Shown here: positions 40,665 to 51,800 of the stretch, in pieces
Numbering within the stretch: the stretch's first letter is position 1
Layout: every line of letters begins with the position of its first letter
Source of the DNA: Candidatus Cloacimonadales bacterium
GTDB taxonomy: Bacteria > Cloacimonadota > Cloacimonadia > Cloacimonadales > JAFGVF01
NCBI GenBank assembly: GCA_963667035.1
Contig: OY762964.1
Coordinates: 1,856,001 to 1,920,000 of the forward strand
Direction: 5' to 3'
DNA length: 64,000 bases
The notes under the pieces: model-generated
Told to the model about the DNA's origin: nothing
Database searches by the model: none
Seen by the model: the letters and a program-made list of their open reading frames with translations, nothing else
Position numbers and translations under genes: made by a program

Positions 40665-40682
40665 TCGTTATTAATATCACGA
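40665..40682. promoter_or_regulatory. Putative Rex operator upstream of hydC
   Basis: 18-bp imperfect palindrome TCGTTA-TTAATA-TCACGA. Confidence 0.55.
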
Positions 40683-40699
40683 TTAGATACAAAAAAAAG

Positions 40700-41317
40700 C
40701 TAGCTAAGCCGATATTTTAGAACAACTAAGCCTGAGTACAGGTCTGCATTCTCTACTGCCACATCATCAGGTACATTTAGGACTCTTGGTGAAAAGTTCC
40801 AGATACCCTTAAATCCACACTCGACCATCATATCCGCAACTCTCTGAGCAGCATGCGGAGGAGTTGTAATGATTCCTATCTGTACCTGTAATCGACTAGC
40901 TAAATTCACGAATTTCTCCATTGGAAAGATCTGAACATTGTTAACTAATTTGCCTACTTTATCCTTATCCGTATCAAAAGCGGCAATTATCTGCATTCCT
41001 GTTTCGGGGTAACCTTCGTAGCCTAGTAAAGCCGAACCAAGGTTCCCTGCTCCAACCAAGAAAGCCACACTTAAATCTCTCCAATTCAACACTTCAATTA
41101 AACGATCAAGAACAGTCTGAACATGGTAACCGACTTTAGGTATACCTTTCAAACCGACCGATGCAAAGTCTTTTCTCACTTGAGTATCATGTATTAAACT
41201 CATCTCAGAAATAACTCTGGTTGAGATATACTCATTTCCACCCTTTATCAGTCGCCTTAAACAGTCGACATAAACGGGCAATCTTCTTATCAGCGAAATC
41301 TGTAATCCTTTAATCAT
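40700..41317 (-). CDS. rex: Redox-sensing transcriptional repressor Rex
   Basis: RRLPVY, QVRKDF..G..G....GY, VGAGNLGSAL and GIWNFSP. Confidence 0.93.
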   Translation of the reverse strand: MIKGLQISLIRRLPVYVDCLRRLIKGGNEYISTRVISEMSLIHDTQVRKDFASVGLKGIPKVGYHVQTVLDRLIEVLNWRDLSVAFLVGAGNLGSALLGYEGYPETGMQIIAAFDTDKDKVGKLVNNVQIFPMEKFVNLASRLQVQIGIITTPPHAAQRVADMMVECGFKGIWNFSPRVLNVPDDVAVENADLYSGLVVLKYRLS

Positions 41318-41330
41318 ATTAATTCCTTTT

Positions 41331-41374
41331 TCGTGAACAACATCACGATATGTTTAACCTTATTTTCATGTCAA
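41331..41374 (-). promoter_or_regulatory. rex promoter with overlapping Rex operator
   Basis: TTGACA at 41374-41369, 18-bp spacer, then TATCGT, which overlaps the palindrome TCGTGA-ACAACA-TCACGA (41331-41348). Confidence 0.65.
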
Positions 41375-41491
41375 GATAATTCGTACTTTTTTATGCTTAT
41401 CTTTTCCATCTTTTTCTAATTCACCCCTCTTCACCCCCTTTTTGATCATTGCTTAACCAACAAAAAAAAGAGCATGCTTTGGCATGCTCTT

Positions 41492-43153
41492 CAGACTGTT
41501 GACAAAGCTATGAGTAAGATTTCATAGCTTTGTCTTTTTTTAGCTTAAAATAAGAACATCAATCATTGACAAAAACCCCCTTAGTTTATACTTAAACCAT
41601 CATAATTAGAGGTGGTTATGCTTAAAAAAGTTTCTGACACACAGTCCCAAATGGAATTTGTAATAATAGATGATCTTGTCCCGGAAGATCATATTCTACG
41701 CAAGATTGACAGGGTAATAGATTTTAGTTTTATTATGGACCGAACTGCTCATTTGTATTGCCCCGACAACGGTCGTCCCCCAGTGCATCCCATAACTTTC
41801 TTCAAAATGCTTTTTATTGGTTATCTATTTGGTATCCGTTCTGAGCGACAACTAATCAGAGAGATTCAGGTCAATGTAGCATATCGCTGGTTCTTAGGGT
41901 ATGGGCTTACTGATAAAATACCGAGTCATTCTCTCTTCAGCCAGAATCGTCGCAGACGCTTTACTGATAGCACTGTTTTTGAAGAGATTTTCATTGATAT
42001 TGTAAAACTTGGTATCGAGAATGGTTTGGTAGATGGCAAGGTTCTTTATAGCGATTCAACTCATCTGAAAGCTAATGCTAATAAAGGCAAATATGAATCA
42101 ATTAAAGTAGAGACCACACCTCAGAGTTATCTTGAAGATCTAAATAAAACAGTGGATGAAAACCGAAAAGCTCACGGTAAGAAGCCACTCCCACCTAAAG
42201 ACAATGACTTTAAAGGCGGTTCGTCACCCAAAGTTAAAGAGATTAAGTCTAGTAAAACAGATCCTGACAGTGGTTTCATGACGCGAGACAAGAAACCACA
42301 AGGTTTCTTCTATCTTGATCATAGAACCGTAGATCCTAAAGTAAACTTCATAACAGATGTTCATATTACCGCCGGCAATGTGAATGACAGTTCTTGCTAT
42401 ATTGATAGGCTAAAAGTGCAGCAAGAGCGTTTTGGTTTTGATGTCCTGGCAGTAGGTCTTGATGCCGGGTATGATACAGCTAATATATGCAAAGAATTAG
42501 TAGATATGGGAATCATGGGAGTAATAGGTTATCGTCGACTTGGAGGTAAAAAAGGTCTTTTCAAGAAGCGTGATTTTAAGTTCATTTCAGATAGAGACAT
42601 ATACATCTGTCCAGAAGGGAAAGAGCTTAAATATCGAACAACAAACCGTAACGGTTATGATGAATATGCATCCGAGAGTAGCTATTGTAAAAACTGTCCA
42701 ATGCTTAACAAATGCACCGAGAGCAAGAACCATCAAAAAGTTATCATGCGTCATGTATGGGAAGACAGTAGAGAGATTATCCATAAAAACAGGTTAACCT
42801 TTTGTGGCAAAGAGATATACAAAAAACGAAAAGAAACCATTGAGAGAAGCTTTGCAAATGCAAAGCAACTTCATGGTTATCGGTATGCGAAATATCGAGG
42901 TATAGAACGAGTTCGAGAACAAGCATATATGACATCAGTAGTTCAAAACATAAAGAAACTGGTTAAATACCTTTTCAATGGCATATCAGGGAAAGTGGCA
43001 TCAATGTTATTAGCTTTTTATGTTAATATATGCTCTGGTTTAGACGAATATAGAGCTAAATCTCATTATCCTGATATTGTACTCAACTAATCAGAAATAA
43101 ACTTACAATGTAAAAACCCAGTCATTTTCATAACTGGGTTTGTAAACGGTCTG
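41492..43153 (+). mobile_element. IS1182-family insertion sequence with 24-bp flanking direct repeat
   Basis: IRs CAGACTGTTGACAAA and TTTGTAAACGGTCTG. AAGAGCATGCTTTGGCATGCTCTT present at 41468-41491 and 43154-43177. Confidence 0.92.
41612..43090 (+). CDS. IS1182 family transposase
   Basis: DDLVPEDH.LR, GRPP, DSTHLKANA, DPDSG, DAGY and RKETIERSFA motifs. Confidence 0.93.
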   Translation: MVMLKKVSDTQSQMEFVIIDDLVPEDHILRKIDRVIDFSFIMDRTAHLYCPDNGRPPVHPITFFKMLFIGYLFGIRSERQLIREIQVNVAYRWFLGYGLTDKIPSHSLFSQNRRRRFTDSTVFEEIFIDIVKLGIENGLVDGKVLYSDSTHLKANANKGKYESIKVETTPQSYLEDLNKTVDENRKAHGKKPLPPKDNDFKGGSSPKVKEIKSSKTDPDSGFMTRDKKPQGFFYLDHRTVDPKVNFITDVHITAGNVNDSSCYIDRLKVQQERFGFDVLAVGLDAGYDTANICKELVDMGIMGVIGYRRLGGKKGLFKKRDFKFISDRDIYICPEGKELKYRTTNRNGYDEYASESSYCKNCPMLNKCTESKNHQKVIMRHVWEDSREIIHKNRLTFCGKEIYKKRKETIERSFANAKQLHGYRYAKYRGIERVREQAYMTSVVQNIKKLVKYLFNGISGKVASMLLAFYVNICSGLDEYRAKSHYPDIVLN

Positions 43154-43194
43154 AAGAGCATGCTTTGGCATGCTCTTCTTCACAAGTTATTTAT

Positions 43195-44925
43195 CTAAAA
43201 ACTAGGGTGAAAAACTGAAGTATTACTTGGTTTTGTAAACCAATCCAGATTGGATAATCCTCCGGAGTTAGCCCAGTTTCCAAATTCTCTATATGCTTGA
43301 AGAATGGATATATTCTCAATCGGGTGCATATAGTTCCCGGTATAATCAATTATTTCAAATCCCCAAGGTAAGTTCTCATCTGTCAGATACCATCTATCAT
43401 CTACCGGTATTGTAGAATCATTTCCGGTTCCGAATAGTTGTGTATCAGCAAAACTTGTAGCATGTCGTCCGGGTAGATGTATTTCACGCTCCGGATGATA
43501 GAAGTCATGTATAAAGAAATCAGATGATAGGGTAGCTTGAGAGTTACTTATCGGATCCATAGTAATCTCAAAGCTGAAGTTTTGATAAGGAGCGGAAATC
43601 CCAATTCCATTATTTTGATAATAAGGACTTAAACTGTCCAGCATTCCATCTATGACTGTAACCACATCATCATGGATAAAGGAATTTGTATTAGTTGACA
43701 CTAGTTGAATATTAGGATTTTCTACAGGGCTATATAATGATGAGTTACCTGAGTTCTCAGCCCAATCCAACTTCATTTCTAGGACATTATTAAGCGTTGC
43801 ACCGTTACCTCTAACTTCCAAATCAGTCTTTAAGTAAGTATACTCATTATTAGCATTCAATCCAAACTCTTGAGTTATGCCGAGAACAAGATCATTAAAG
43901 TCATAATCACCCGTATCAGGCCACAAATCCTCAAATGCAACAATAAGTTTGCCTTGAGTAGGATAAACTATCTTTATAGACTTATCAGAGTCATTTGGAT
44001 AGTCGTCATCTTCGTCACTTACTCCATCACCATCGCTATCAAGGATTGCCCCTACTCCATAAATACCTATATTATCAATCCAAAAAGCAGAATCATTCGA
44101 ATTGGAATACATAGTTAAAGTCACTTTAGTTGTACCTTCCGGAATTGTAATGTCTCTAGATATATTCTGCCAATAATCCCAGATTCCATGCCAATATGAG
44201 TCAATCCAAACATAGTTATCCCACGTCATAGCTCCATTATCAGCATAGCAAGTCAAATGGATTTGAAGTGCAAAATAACTATTCTGAGGATTGTTAATAT
44301 CAAAGTTAAAGGTTCCTTCCGAGCCTCCGCCAACAGCTACGGATTGGTACAGATAACCTTTCTTGGGATAAGAAAGATAGGTATTACCGTAACTCTCTAT
44401 CAGATTGAAATCATGAGTATAATTCTGATGAGTATAATACCAATTGCCGTCAATTGGAGGGACATAATTGGCGGGAGCCATAGTCAGGTTTCCGTTTTCA
44501 AATCCGGGATTATTCAGAAGATTACTAACGGTTCTATCTTCAATGTTTGATAAATACACATCTATCTTGTAATCAGGACCTAATCCATCCAGTTTCTTTT
44601 CCAGATTATATTTAGGAATAAGTATAGATAAGTCTCCGGCAAGATTGCTATGTCTTCCGTGTAAAGTCACACTTGATTCTTTTGCAATAACAGCAGAAAC
44701 AACTCCTCCTGCACCATCCAGTAATTCTACTCTGAGATTATCTCCTGAGTAACCATGTAGAGTTACATCTACAGTTGCATCGATAATATTATCCCAAGTA
44801 AAGTCTTCCGGTATCTGGAGCTCCCCAATCTCCATATAAGTTTCATTGTCATCTGAAGTACAACCGGTAAACGTTAACATCGCTAGTAGTAAAAGGCTCA
44901 ATATTCCAATTATCCGCTTCATCAT
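43195..44925 (-). CDS. LruC/DUF4842-domain lipoprotein
   Basis: Lipobox FTGC; DSDGDGVSD..DDYP; AFEDLWP..GDYDFND; EIHLPG; LPWG..I; HPIE..I..AY..F..WA.SGG. Confidence 0.82.
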   Translation of the reverse strand: MMKRIIGILSLLLLAMLTFTGCTSDDNETYMEIGELQIPEDFTWDNIIDATVDVTLHGYSGDNLRVELLDGAGGVVSAVIAKESSVTLHGRHSNLAGDLSILIPKYNLEKKLDGLGPDYKIDVYLSNIEDRTVSNLLNNPGFENGNLTMAPANYVPPIDGNWYYTHQNYTHDFNLIESYGNTYLSYPKKGYLYQSVAVGGGSEGTFNFDINNPQNSYFALQIHLTCYADNGAMTWDNYVWIDSYWHGIWDYWQNISRDITIPEGTTKVTLTMYSNSNDSAFWIDNIGIYGVGAILDSDGDGVSDEDDDYPNDSDKSIKIVYPTQGKLIVAFEDLWPDTGDYDFNDLVLGITQEFGLNANNEYTYLKTDLEVRGNGATLNNVLEMKLDWAENSGNSSLYSPVENPNIQLVSTNTNSFIHDDVVTVIDGMLDSLSPYYQNNGIGISAPYQNFSFEITMDPISNSQATLSSDFFIHDFYHPEREIHLPGRHATSFADTQLFGTGNDSTIPVDDRWYLTDENLPWGFEIIDYTGNYMHPIENISILQAYREFGNWANSGGLSNLDWFTKPSNTSVFHPSF

Positions 44926-44959
44926 TCCTCCTAATCAGACTAGCCATAAGAAAGCATAA

Positions 44960-45259
44960 CTACTCTTTTTGAAATCCTATCTTATTATTTTGTGTCTGTT
45001 GCCCCGTTACTTTGATCTCTCCGTATTGTTTTTCGTACATTTCAATGTTTTTCTGTAAGTTAAGCATCATTTGTTTTGCATGTTGAGGTGTTGTTAAAAT
45101 TCTACTCACAATCTTTGCCGAAGGCAATCCGGGCATTAATTTGCCGAAATCCAAGATAAATTCTGCCTGTGAGTTCGTTATCACGAAAAAGTTAGAATAA
45201 ATACCCTCTCCGACATTTTCATCAATTTTCAAATTAAGTTGCTTTTTCTGTTCTTTCAT
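44960..45259 (-). CDS. DUF3467 family protein
   Basis: GIYSN...EFILDF...SRILTTPQHAK...YEKQYGEI. Confidence 0.82.
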   Translation of the reverse strand: MKEQKKQLNLKIDENVGEGIYSNFFVITNSQAEFILDFGKLMPGLPSAKIVSRILTTPQHAKQMMLNLQKNIEMYEKQYGEIKVTGQQTQNNKIGFQKE

Positions 45260-45407
45260 CTATACTCCTAAAATTTATTATGTGTCTATTTGTTTTCCAT
45301 TATGCTAAATATATAATACTAGATTAGTTATTAACGGCAAATATATATTTTAAAATATTCACTGCGAATACAATGGGGGATTTTATAATACGTTCGATAA
45401 TTGTCTA

Positions 45408-46595
45408 TTATTTATTAAATACTAGGAGCGGGACATGCATTTCCTCAGCAGTTTTTCCTCCGTGATAGCCTTTAAACTCTACCCTATCTTCAACTACAAG
45501 ATTATCTTGAAAAACGTAATTATCTTTCATGAAGAGGATATAATCACCGACTCTTTCAAACAATCCTTTGTTTTTAATATCAGGTCCAAACCAACCTTCT
45601 TGAATTACTTCCTCAGAAGATTTAACCTCGCAATATTGAGAAAGATTTGTTTCGATGTAGTCCAGAAACTTTCCGACCCTTGCCGGACGAACATAGCAGA
45701 AAGGTGTTCTTGGTTCGCCCATCAATGGCATTAACAAGCATTCTCTTAATTCGGGATGGTCATCCATGTGCAATACTTGTTCAGGACCAACATTAACAAA
45801 TCCATGATCTGCAGTACCAATGAACAATGAGTTTTCATTATCGTTAGCTTTGCTGATTTCATTCACCAATGTATCAAGTTTCTTCATGTGGACATAGGAT
45901 TCATCGCTATCTATACCGTATTGATGCGAGATTTTATCGAAAGTAGATATATATAAATAGATAAACTTCTTCTTTTCTGTTTTAACTTTCAGAATATCGT
46001 TAACAATATTCGGTATTTCAAGAACATCGTCATAACCGATTCTGGAAGCATTTCCTGAGTGGGATAATGCAAATGGTGTATTTAAGATGTGATTCCCGGA
46101 TATAAGAAAGAAATTACCGTTCATCTTATCGGCAACACCTTTAAAATGATATACTTTCTCTCTATCCACATTCATTTTATCGAATGTTATGTTTGAGTAT
46201 CTTGGCGAGAAGGTAAGTATTGTTGTAGCAGTAGCTAATTCTTTCACATAAGTGTACCAACCGGTCAAACAATGCTCTGATGGAGACATTCCGGTCAAGA
46301 ATGAGGTAATGGCAGAAGCTGTGGTTGAAGGAAATACGGTAGACAATCTATCCTCAAGATGTTCTAATAAGAAAGTTCCTTCACCTCTACGTTGTAAATA
46401 ATTGTACCCCATACCGTCCAGTATGAGAAACAGGTAATTATCGTATTGTTGAATCGGTTTAGGTAAATCCAATTCCAATGCTTTATAATGGCAATCATTA
46501 TCTCCTCCTGCCACTCTCAAAGAAGCGACAAGATTCAAGATACCTTTTTCTTCGTAATCGGGAAATTTTGTAGTATAATCCATAAACTTGTTCAA
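45408..46595 (-). CDS. Alkaline phosphatase superfamily (nucleotide pyrophosphatase-like) protein
   Basis: LDGMG, TVFPSTT, D..SH, TADHG and GYHGG metal ligands. Confidence 0.85.
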   Translation of the reverse strand: MNKFMDYTTKFPDYEEKGILNLVASLRVAGGDNDCHYKALELDLPKPIQQYDNYLFLILDGMGYNYLQRRGEGTFLLEHLEDRLSTVFPSTTASAITSFLTGMSPSEHCLTGWYTYVKELATATTILTFSPRYSNITFDKMNVDREKVYHFKGVADKMNGNFFLISGNHILNTPFALSHSGNASRIGYDDVLEIPNIVNDILKVKTEKKKFIYLYISTFDKISHQYGIDSDESYVHMKKLDTLVNEISKANDNENSLFIGTADHGFVNVGPEQVLHMDDHPELRECLLMPLMGEPRTPFCYVRPARVGKFLDYIETNLSQYCEVKSSEEVIQEGWFGPDIKNKGLFERVGDYILFMKDNYVFQDNLVVEDRVEFKGYHGGKTAEEMHVPLLVFNK

Positions 46596-46802
46596 TTTAT
46601 TTCCTAGTTTCAGTCAAGTTTTTAATAATTGCTTTCTCAATGAAGAACTTTAATTCTTAACACTTGTATCATTCAAAATCCCACAGGAAATGCTGTAACT
46701 CTTAGTATAAATCCGAGTATCATGAAAACCATCGGTAAACGAGAACAGTAACACATCTTCAATTCCTAATCGCTTCCTATTTCACTCCCTTTTTTGTCTC
46801 AT

Positions 46803-48195
46803 AATGGCGAGTGACCCTTAAAAGTATCCACCCTAGGGAGGTCAAAGTTTTACCAAGAAAAATACTACGTAAACTACATGATATAATATCATCAATAGAG
46901 ACCGGTGTCTTTATGGGTTATATACTTGATAAAAATGCAGTTAATCAGTTAAAGGAATATTTTAATGAATTGGATTATTTCTAGAGAAATGCAGAGTAAA
47001 TGTTTCATCCACGCAATGAGCGTAGCGAATGGAGGGGATGAAACATTCGCCTTGAATACTTGGATTATATATATCCTACAAAAAAAGAGTGCCAGCAATC
47101 TAAGAATTAGATATACTGACACTTATGACATATTTAGAGATGAGATTACTCAGTAAAGAATTTAAGTCAAGAACTCTTTTACGGTATCAGATGTATACTC
47201 TTTCAATGCAGCATGGCATATCTGAAACAGCTAGGATGTTAGGCACAACCAGGAAGACTGTTCGTCTCTGGAGAAATAGGTATCTTGAGCTTGGAGAGGC
47301 AGGTCTCGAGAATAAGTCCAGGGTTGGTCAGAAACATCCTCTGAAGATGCCAAAAGATATTGAAGATGCTATCATCAAAGAACGTAAAGATCGTGGCAAT
47401 CCAGGAGCTCGCACTATAGTAAATAATCTGAAATTGCATTACTCAGCAAAGACCGTTCATAAGGTATTAAAGAGACATAAGCTTGTTTTGAAAAGAAAAA
47501 CAAGATACAAGAAAAAGAAAGATATGTCAGCTGTAAGAGCACACTATAAGCCTATGCAGAAACTTCAGCTCGATGTTAAATACCTAAATGATATTGCTAA
47601 ACAGAGTAGAGCATATGAGTCAGGTGCAATACCTATGTTTCAGATTACTGCCAGAGATTACAAGACAGGAATGGTATTTCTAGGCTTTACAAACTATAAA
47701 GATGATCTCTCAACTGCCATTTTTGCGGATTACGTAATTGAATACCTAAAAGGGTTACATTGCTCTCCTAATGATATTACTTTCCAAACAGATAACGGTA
47801 CTGAATTTATTGAACCTCTTCATAGTAGAGTCACAATCTTTGAAGAAATCTTAAACAAACATGGAGTAACTCATGTTCGCATACCTCCAAAATCTCCAAC
47901 ATTCAACAGTGATGTAGAAAGCTTTCACAACACCATAGAACAAGAATTATATGATTATGAAGAGTTTAGAGACATTATATCTTTCATTAGTAAAGTCTTC
48001 ATATATCAGACTTACTACAACCATATTCGTAAAATCAGGACTAGAGGCAACAAGGCCCCCGTTGAGTTAGTCGCAGAATATGGACTTAAGGCTAAAACTG
48101 CTGATTTATGCTTTATCCCCATATTCTGCGACTCTTTTAGAAAGAATTTTCTTGCTAATTACAAAACTGGATACTTTAAAGGGTTACCTCCCACA
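46803..48195 (+). mobile_element. IS481-family-like insertion sequence
   Basis: Imperfect 28-bp IRs at 46803-46830 and 48168-48195 (21/28 match); right end terminates in ACA. Confidence 0.7.
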
Positions 48196-48198
48196 TAG
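47125..48198 (+). CDS. IS481-like DDE transposase
   Basis: N-terminal HTH; QLDVK, QTDNGTEF and VESFH..I..E rve core. Confidence 0.88.
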   Translation: MTYLEMRLLSKEFKSRTLLRYQMYTLSMQHGISETARMLGTTRKTVRLWRNRYLELGEAGLENKSRVGQKHPLKMPKDIEDAIIKERKDRGNPGARTIVNNLKLHYSAKTVHKVLKRHKLVLKRKTRYKKKKDMSAVRAHYKPMQKLQLDVKYLNDIAKQSRAYESGAIPMFQITARDYKTGMVFLGFTNYKDDLSTAIFADYVIEYLKGLHCSPNDITFQTDNGTEFIEPLHSRVTIFEEILNKHGVTHVRIPPKSPTFNSDVESFHNTIEQELYDYEEFRDIISFISKVFIYQTYYNHIRKIRTRGNKAPVELVAEYGLKAKTADLCFIPIFCDSFRKNFLANYKTGYFKGLPPT

Positions 48199-48853
48199 AT
48201 TGCATCATTAGATTTGATCTTACGTGAATATATTAATATTGTAAGCAACACTCTTTTCTCATAGACCCGTTGCCAAGAAGAGCATGACAAATGTAAACAA
48301 TCAGGGAAGTCAAGTATAGCTTAACTTGACACGCAATCAAATTCACTACTTACATATATTTTTATATACCGGTATGTTGTCTGATTGTAAACTAAGTTTG
48401 CATGGCTTTTCCCTTGAAGAAAAAGTTTACGATAGTTCCATTTTACTCAAAGCATAGTACAGTTAGATTAGTGATTTGTTTACAATAAACATACAGCTCT
48501 TTCTAACACATGCTTTATTAATAGGTTAGTACTTATATATCTATCATTTGAGAAAGGAATTAGTTGCTAAAATTTAATTTTTACTTTACACAGAATCACA
48601 ATAATGTAGCTTCTGTCCTTAAAAGTTGTGTCTTGAAGGGGAAAAATCAATATATGACTACATAGCCTATTCAGTTTCATGAGTTTCTAAGAGCTTAGAG
48701 AGTGTGAATTGAATTCAATGAATAAGAGCAAAAAAAGGAGTAAAGGACCATTCTATCATTTGACTTTATAAAAAAATGGAACGCATATTGCATGTGAAAC
48801 CTGAATATATATATAGATATAAGCAAAACCTAAAAAAAGAGGTAACAAGAACT

Positions 48854-51800
48854 ATGAAAAAGGATCCACTGCTTTTACTTTTGGCAGTATTGTTATTTGT
48901 AACATTACCATTAATGGCAAGTAATGATATTGAAGCCTCAACAGTAAAAAACTTTGAAGTGCTGGAATCAACCGGTAATTCAACAATTATCCAATTCAAC
49001 TTACCTAAGTTCCAAGTAGAAACTCAGAAGTTGAACGGAATGACTTTCAATAAGATTGAAACAGAATGTGACGGTTATGTGCCTGAATTGGGCAAACCTG
49101 AGCTTCCACTATACTCGACAATGGTTGCAATACCATACAGTGGTTCAGTCTCTTTAGAAGTTGTTAACAAATCCTCTTACCAGATAGATAATTTCACAGC
49201 AGTTCCGGCACAGGATTACACTGTGGAAAATGAAATGGAAAGATCTTTTGCTATCAATGAAGAATTTTACAATTCTGATGTACAATATCCTGAAGTTGCT
49301 GAATCAATCTCAGATCCTATGATCGTTAGAGATTTCCGTGTTGTCGCATTGACATTTAGCCCTTTCACATACAATCCGGCTACCAGAAGTTTAACTGTTA
49401 ACGAAAACATTACATATAAACTTTCATACGATAGTGCTCCTAGTGTTAACGAAATGGAAGCACCTATCATGTATTCACCAAGTTTTAAGCCTCTATATCG
49501 TAGCATGATTGTTAATTATGACTTAGTCGTAGACAGATCAATCCCTACCGATAATATGAGACTTCTCATTATATACGGTGCAGGTGGGGATGCAACGTTT
49601 AATGCAAAGCTAGATGAATTTGTTAAATGGAAAAAACAGAAAGGTTATAAAGTTACTACACAATCAACAAGTGTAATTGGAACTACAACCGATGATATTC
49701 ATGCATATATTCAGAGCAAATACAACAATATATATACTAGACCGGAATACATAACTCTTGTTGGTGATGTAAATGGTGCATTTAATATTAGTTGCTACAC
49801 TGTACATGGTGGCTCATCTGATTATCCATATACTTATCTTGCCGGTGAGGACATCATGGGTGATGTATTTATCGGTCGTATGCCAATTGAGAATGTTGAT
49901 GATTTTCTAACTATGGCTAATAAAGTATTCTATTTTGAAAGAGATACTGTTCCTGTACCTCCAACATGGTATAATCACATGCTTCTTGTTGGATATACGA
50001 ATTCAGCCGGTCAATCATCAATGTATGTTAATAAATTCATGAAAGACTCAGGTTTAAGAGTAAATCCCGATTATACTTTCACGGAAATATACGGAACTCC
50101 AACGGCAACAGCTATGCAACAAACTCTCAATCAGGGTGCAGCTTTCTTCATGTATAGAGGTTGGGTTGGTATGAATGGTTGGGATTACCCATCAGAAAAT
50201 GAGTTTACCAATGGTAACAGGATGACTCATTGTATCATTAACACTTGCGGTACAGGTAACTTTAATGGTACCGACGCAACAGATTCTATAGTTAGATATG
50301 GTTCACCTGCAGCTCCTAAAGGTGCGATTACAGCTATCGGTATGGCTACATCAAGTACTCATACTTTGATGAACAATGTACTTTCATCACAAACAGTCAA
50401 CGGTATTTTCAGCCTTGGCTACAGAAACATGAGTGCTCCACTTCTATCATCAAAGATACTTCTTTATATGGTTTATCATGATTTCATGATTGATTATGCC
50501 GAAAAATTCCCTGGTTGGTGTAACCTTATGGGTGACCCGACTGTTGAAGTATTTATCAGCCCTCCGGACCACATTGATGCTGATTATCCAATGGAAGTAT
50601 TCCCGGGACAAACATGTTACCCTGTAACAGTTAAAGATGATAATGGTGATCCTATAGTTGGAGCTATCGTTACAATAGTAAACGATGATATGCATCTTAT
50701 TCTTGAAACAGATGTAAACGGTAATGCAGTTTTCGAATTACCTGATGATCTTACTGAAAATACTACTTTCACAGTAACTGTTTCACAACATGATTATGTA
50801 CCTGAATTCGACAACATCACCGTTCATGCAGATGATGGAATTCATATTGCCAGTTATGAGATACTTGATGCGGATAATGGTAATAATGACGGAACTCCTG
50901 ATGCAAGCGAAACTTTCTTTGTTAATATCACTTTAACAAATCCGGGAGCAACAGCAATCAACGCAGCAAACGTTGAGATTAGTTCTGAGGATCCTTATAT
51001 AAATATTTTACAAAACACATCAGCTTTCGGCACAATTGCTTCGGGAGCTAGTGTTTCTAATGCAACCCCTTATGAAATGCATGTCTATGGCAGTTGTCCT
51101 GAACAATATATGGCATCAATTAAGCTTCAAGTTGTTGGAGAACCTTACGAAACTTACTTAGGTTTAGATATTCGTAACGGCAATATTGATGTCGATTCTT
51201 ATACAATTTACGATAATAATGGAATTCTTGAACCGGGTGAAACTGCATGGATGAGTCTAAGCCTTATTAACAATGGTGAACATACAATTGCAGGACTTCA
51301 TGCTGAACTTTCCAGCACAAGCAATCTTGTCTACTTTGATGACAATCAAGCTTACTATGGCTATGCTATTCCGGGTACAGTAATCACAAACATTACAGAC
51401 GGTTTATATGTTACTGCAAGAAATCAACTCTTAACAGGAACTGATATTGTAATTGACCTTCACCTTTATAATGATGACGGTTATGATGAATGGGATAAGC
51501 TTTATATCTCTACAGGCTCACAAAACATTGGTCACCCATCAGGTCCTGATGCATTCGGTCACTACATCTATCATATGGATGATACAGACTGGGCAGATGC
51601 ACCTACTTATAACTGGATAGAAATCATTCCTTCTCAAGGTGGAAACGGAACAGAGTTTACCGGTCACTCAGACACAGGTACTGACGACGGTGACGGTGAC
51701 ATCACAATGTCTGATACAATAGACAACACTGATTTACCTTTCACATTCACTTGGTACGGTGTTGACTATGATGAAGTTTATATCTGTACTAACGGTTTCT

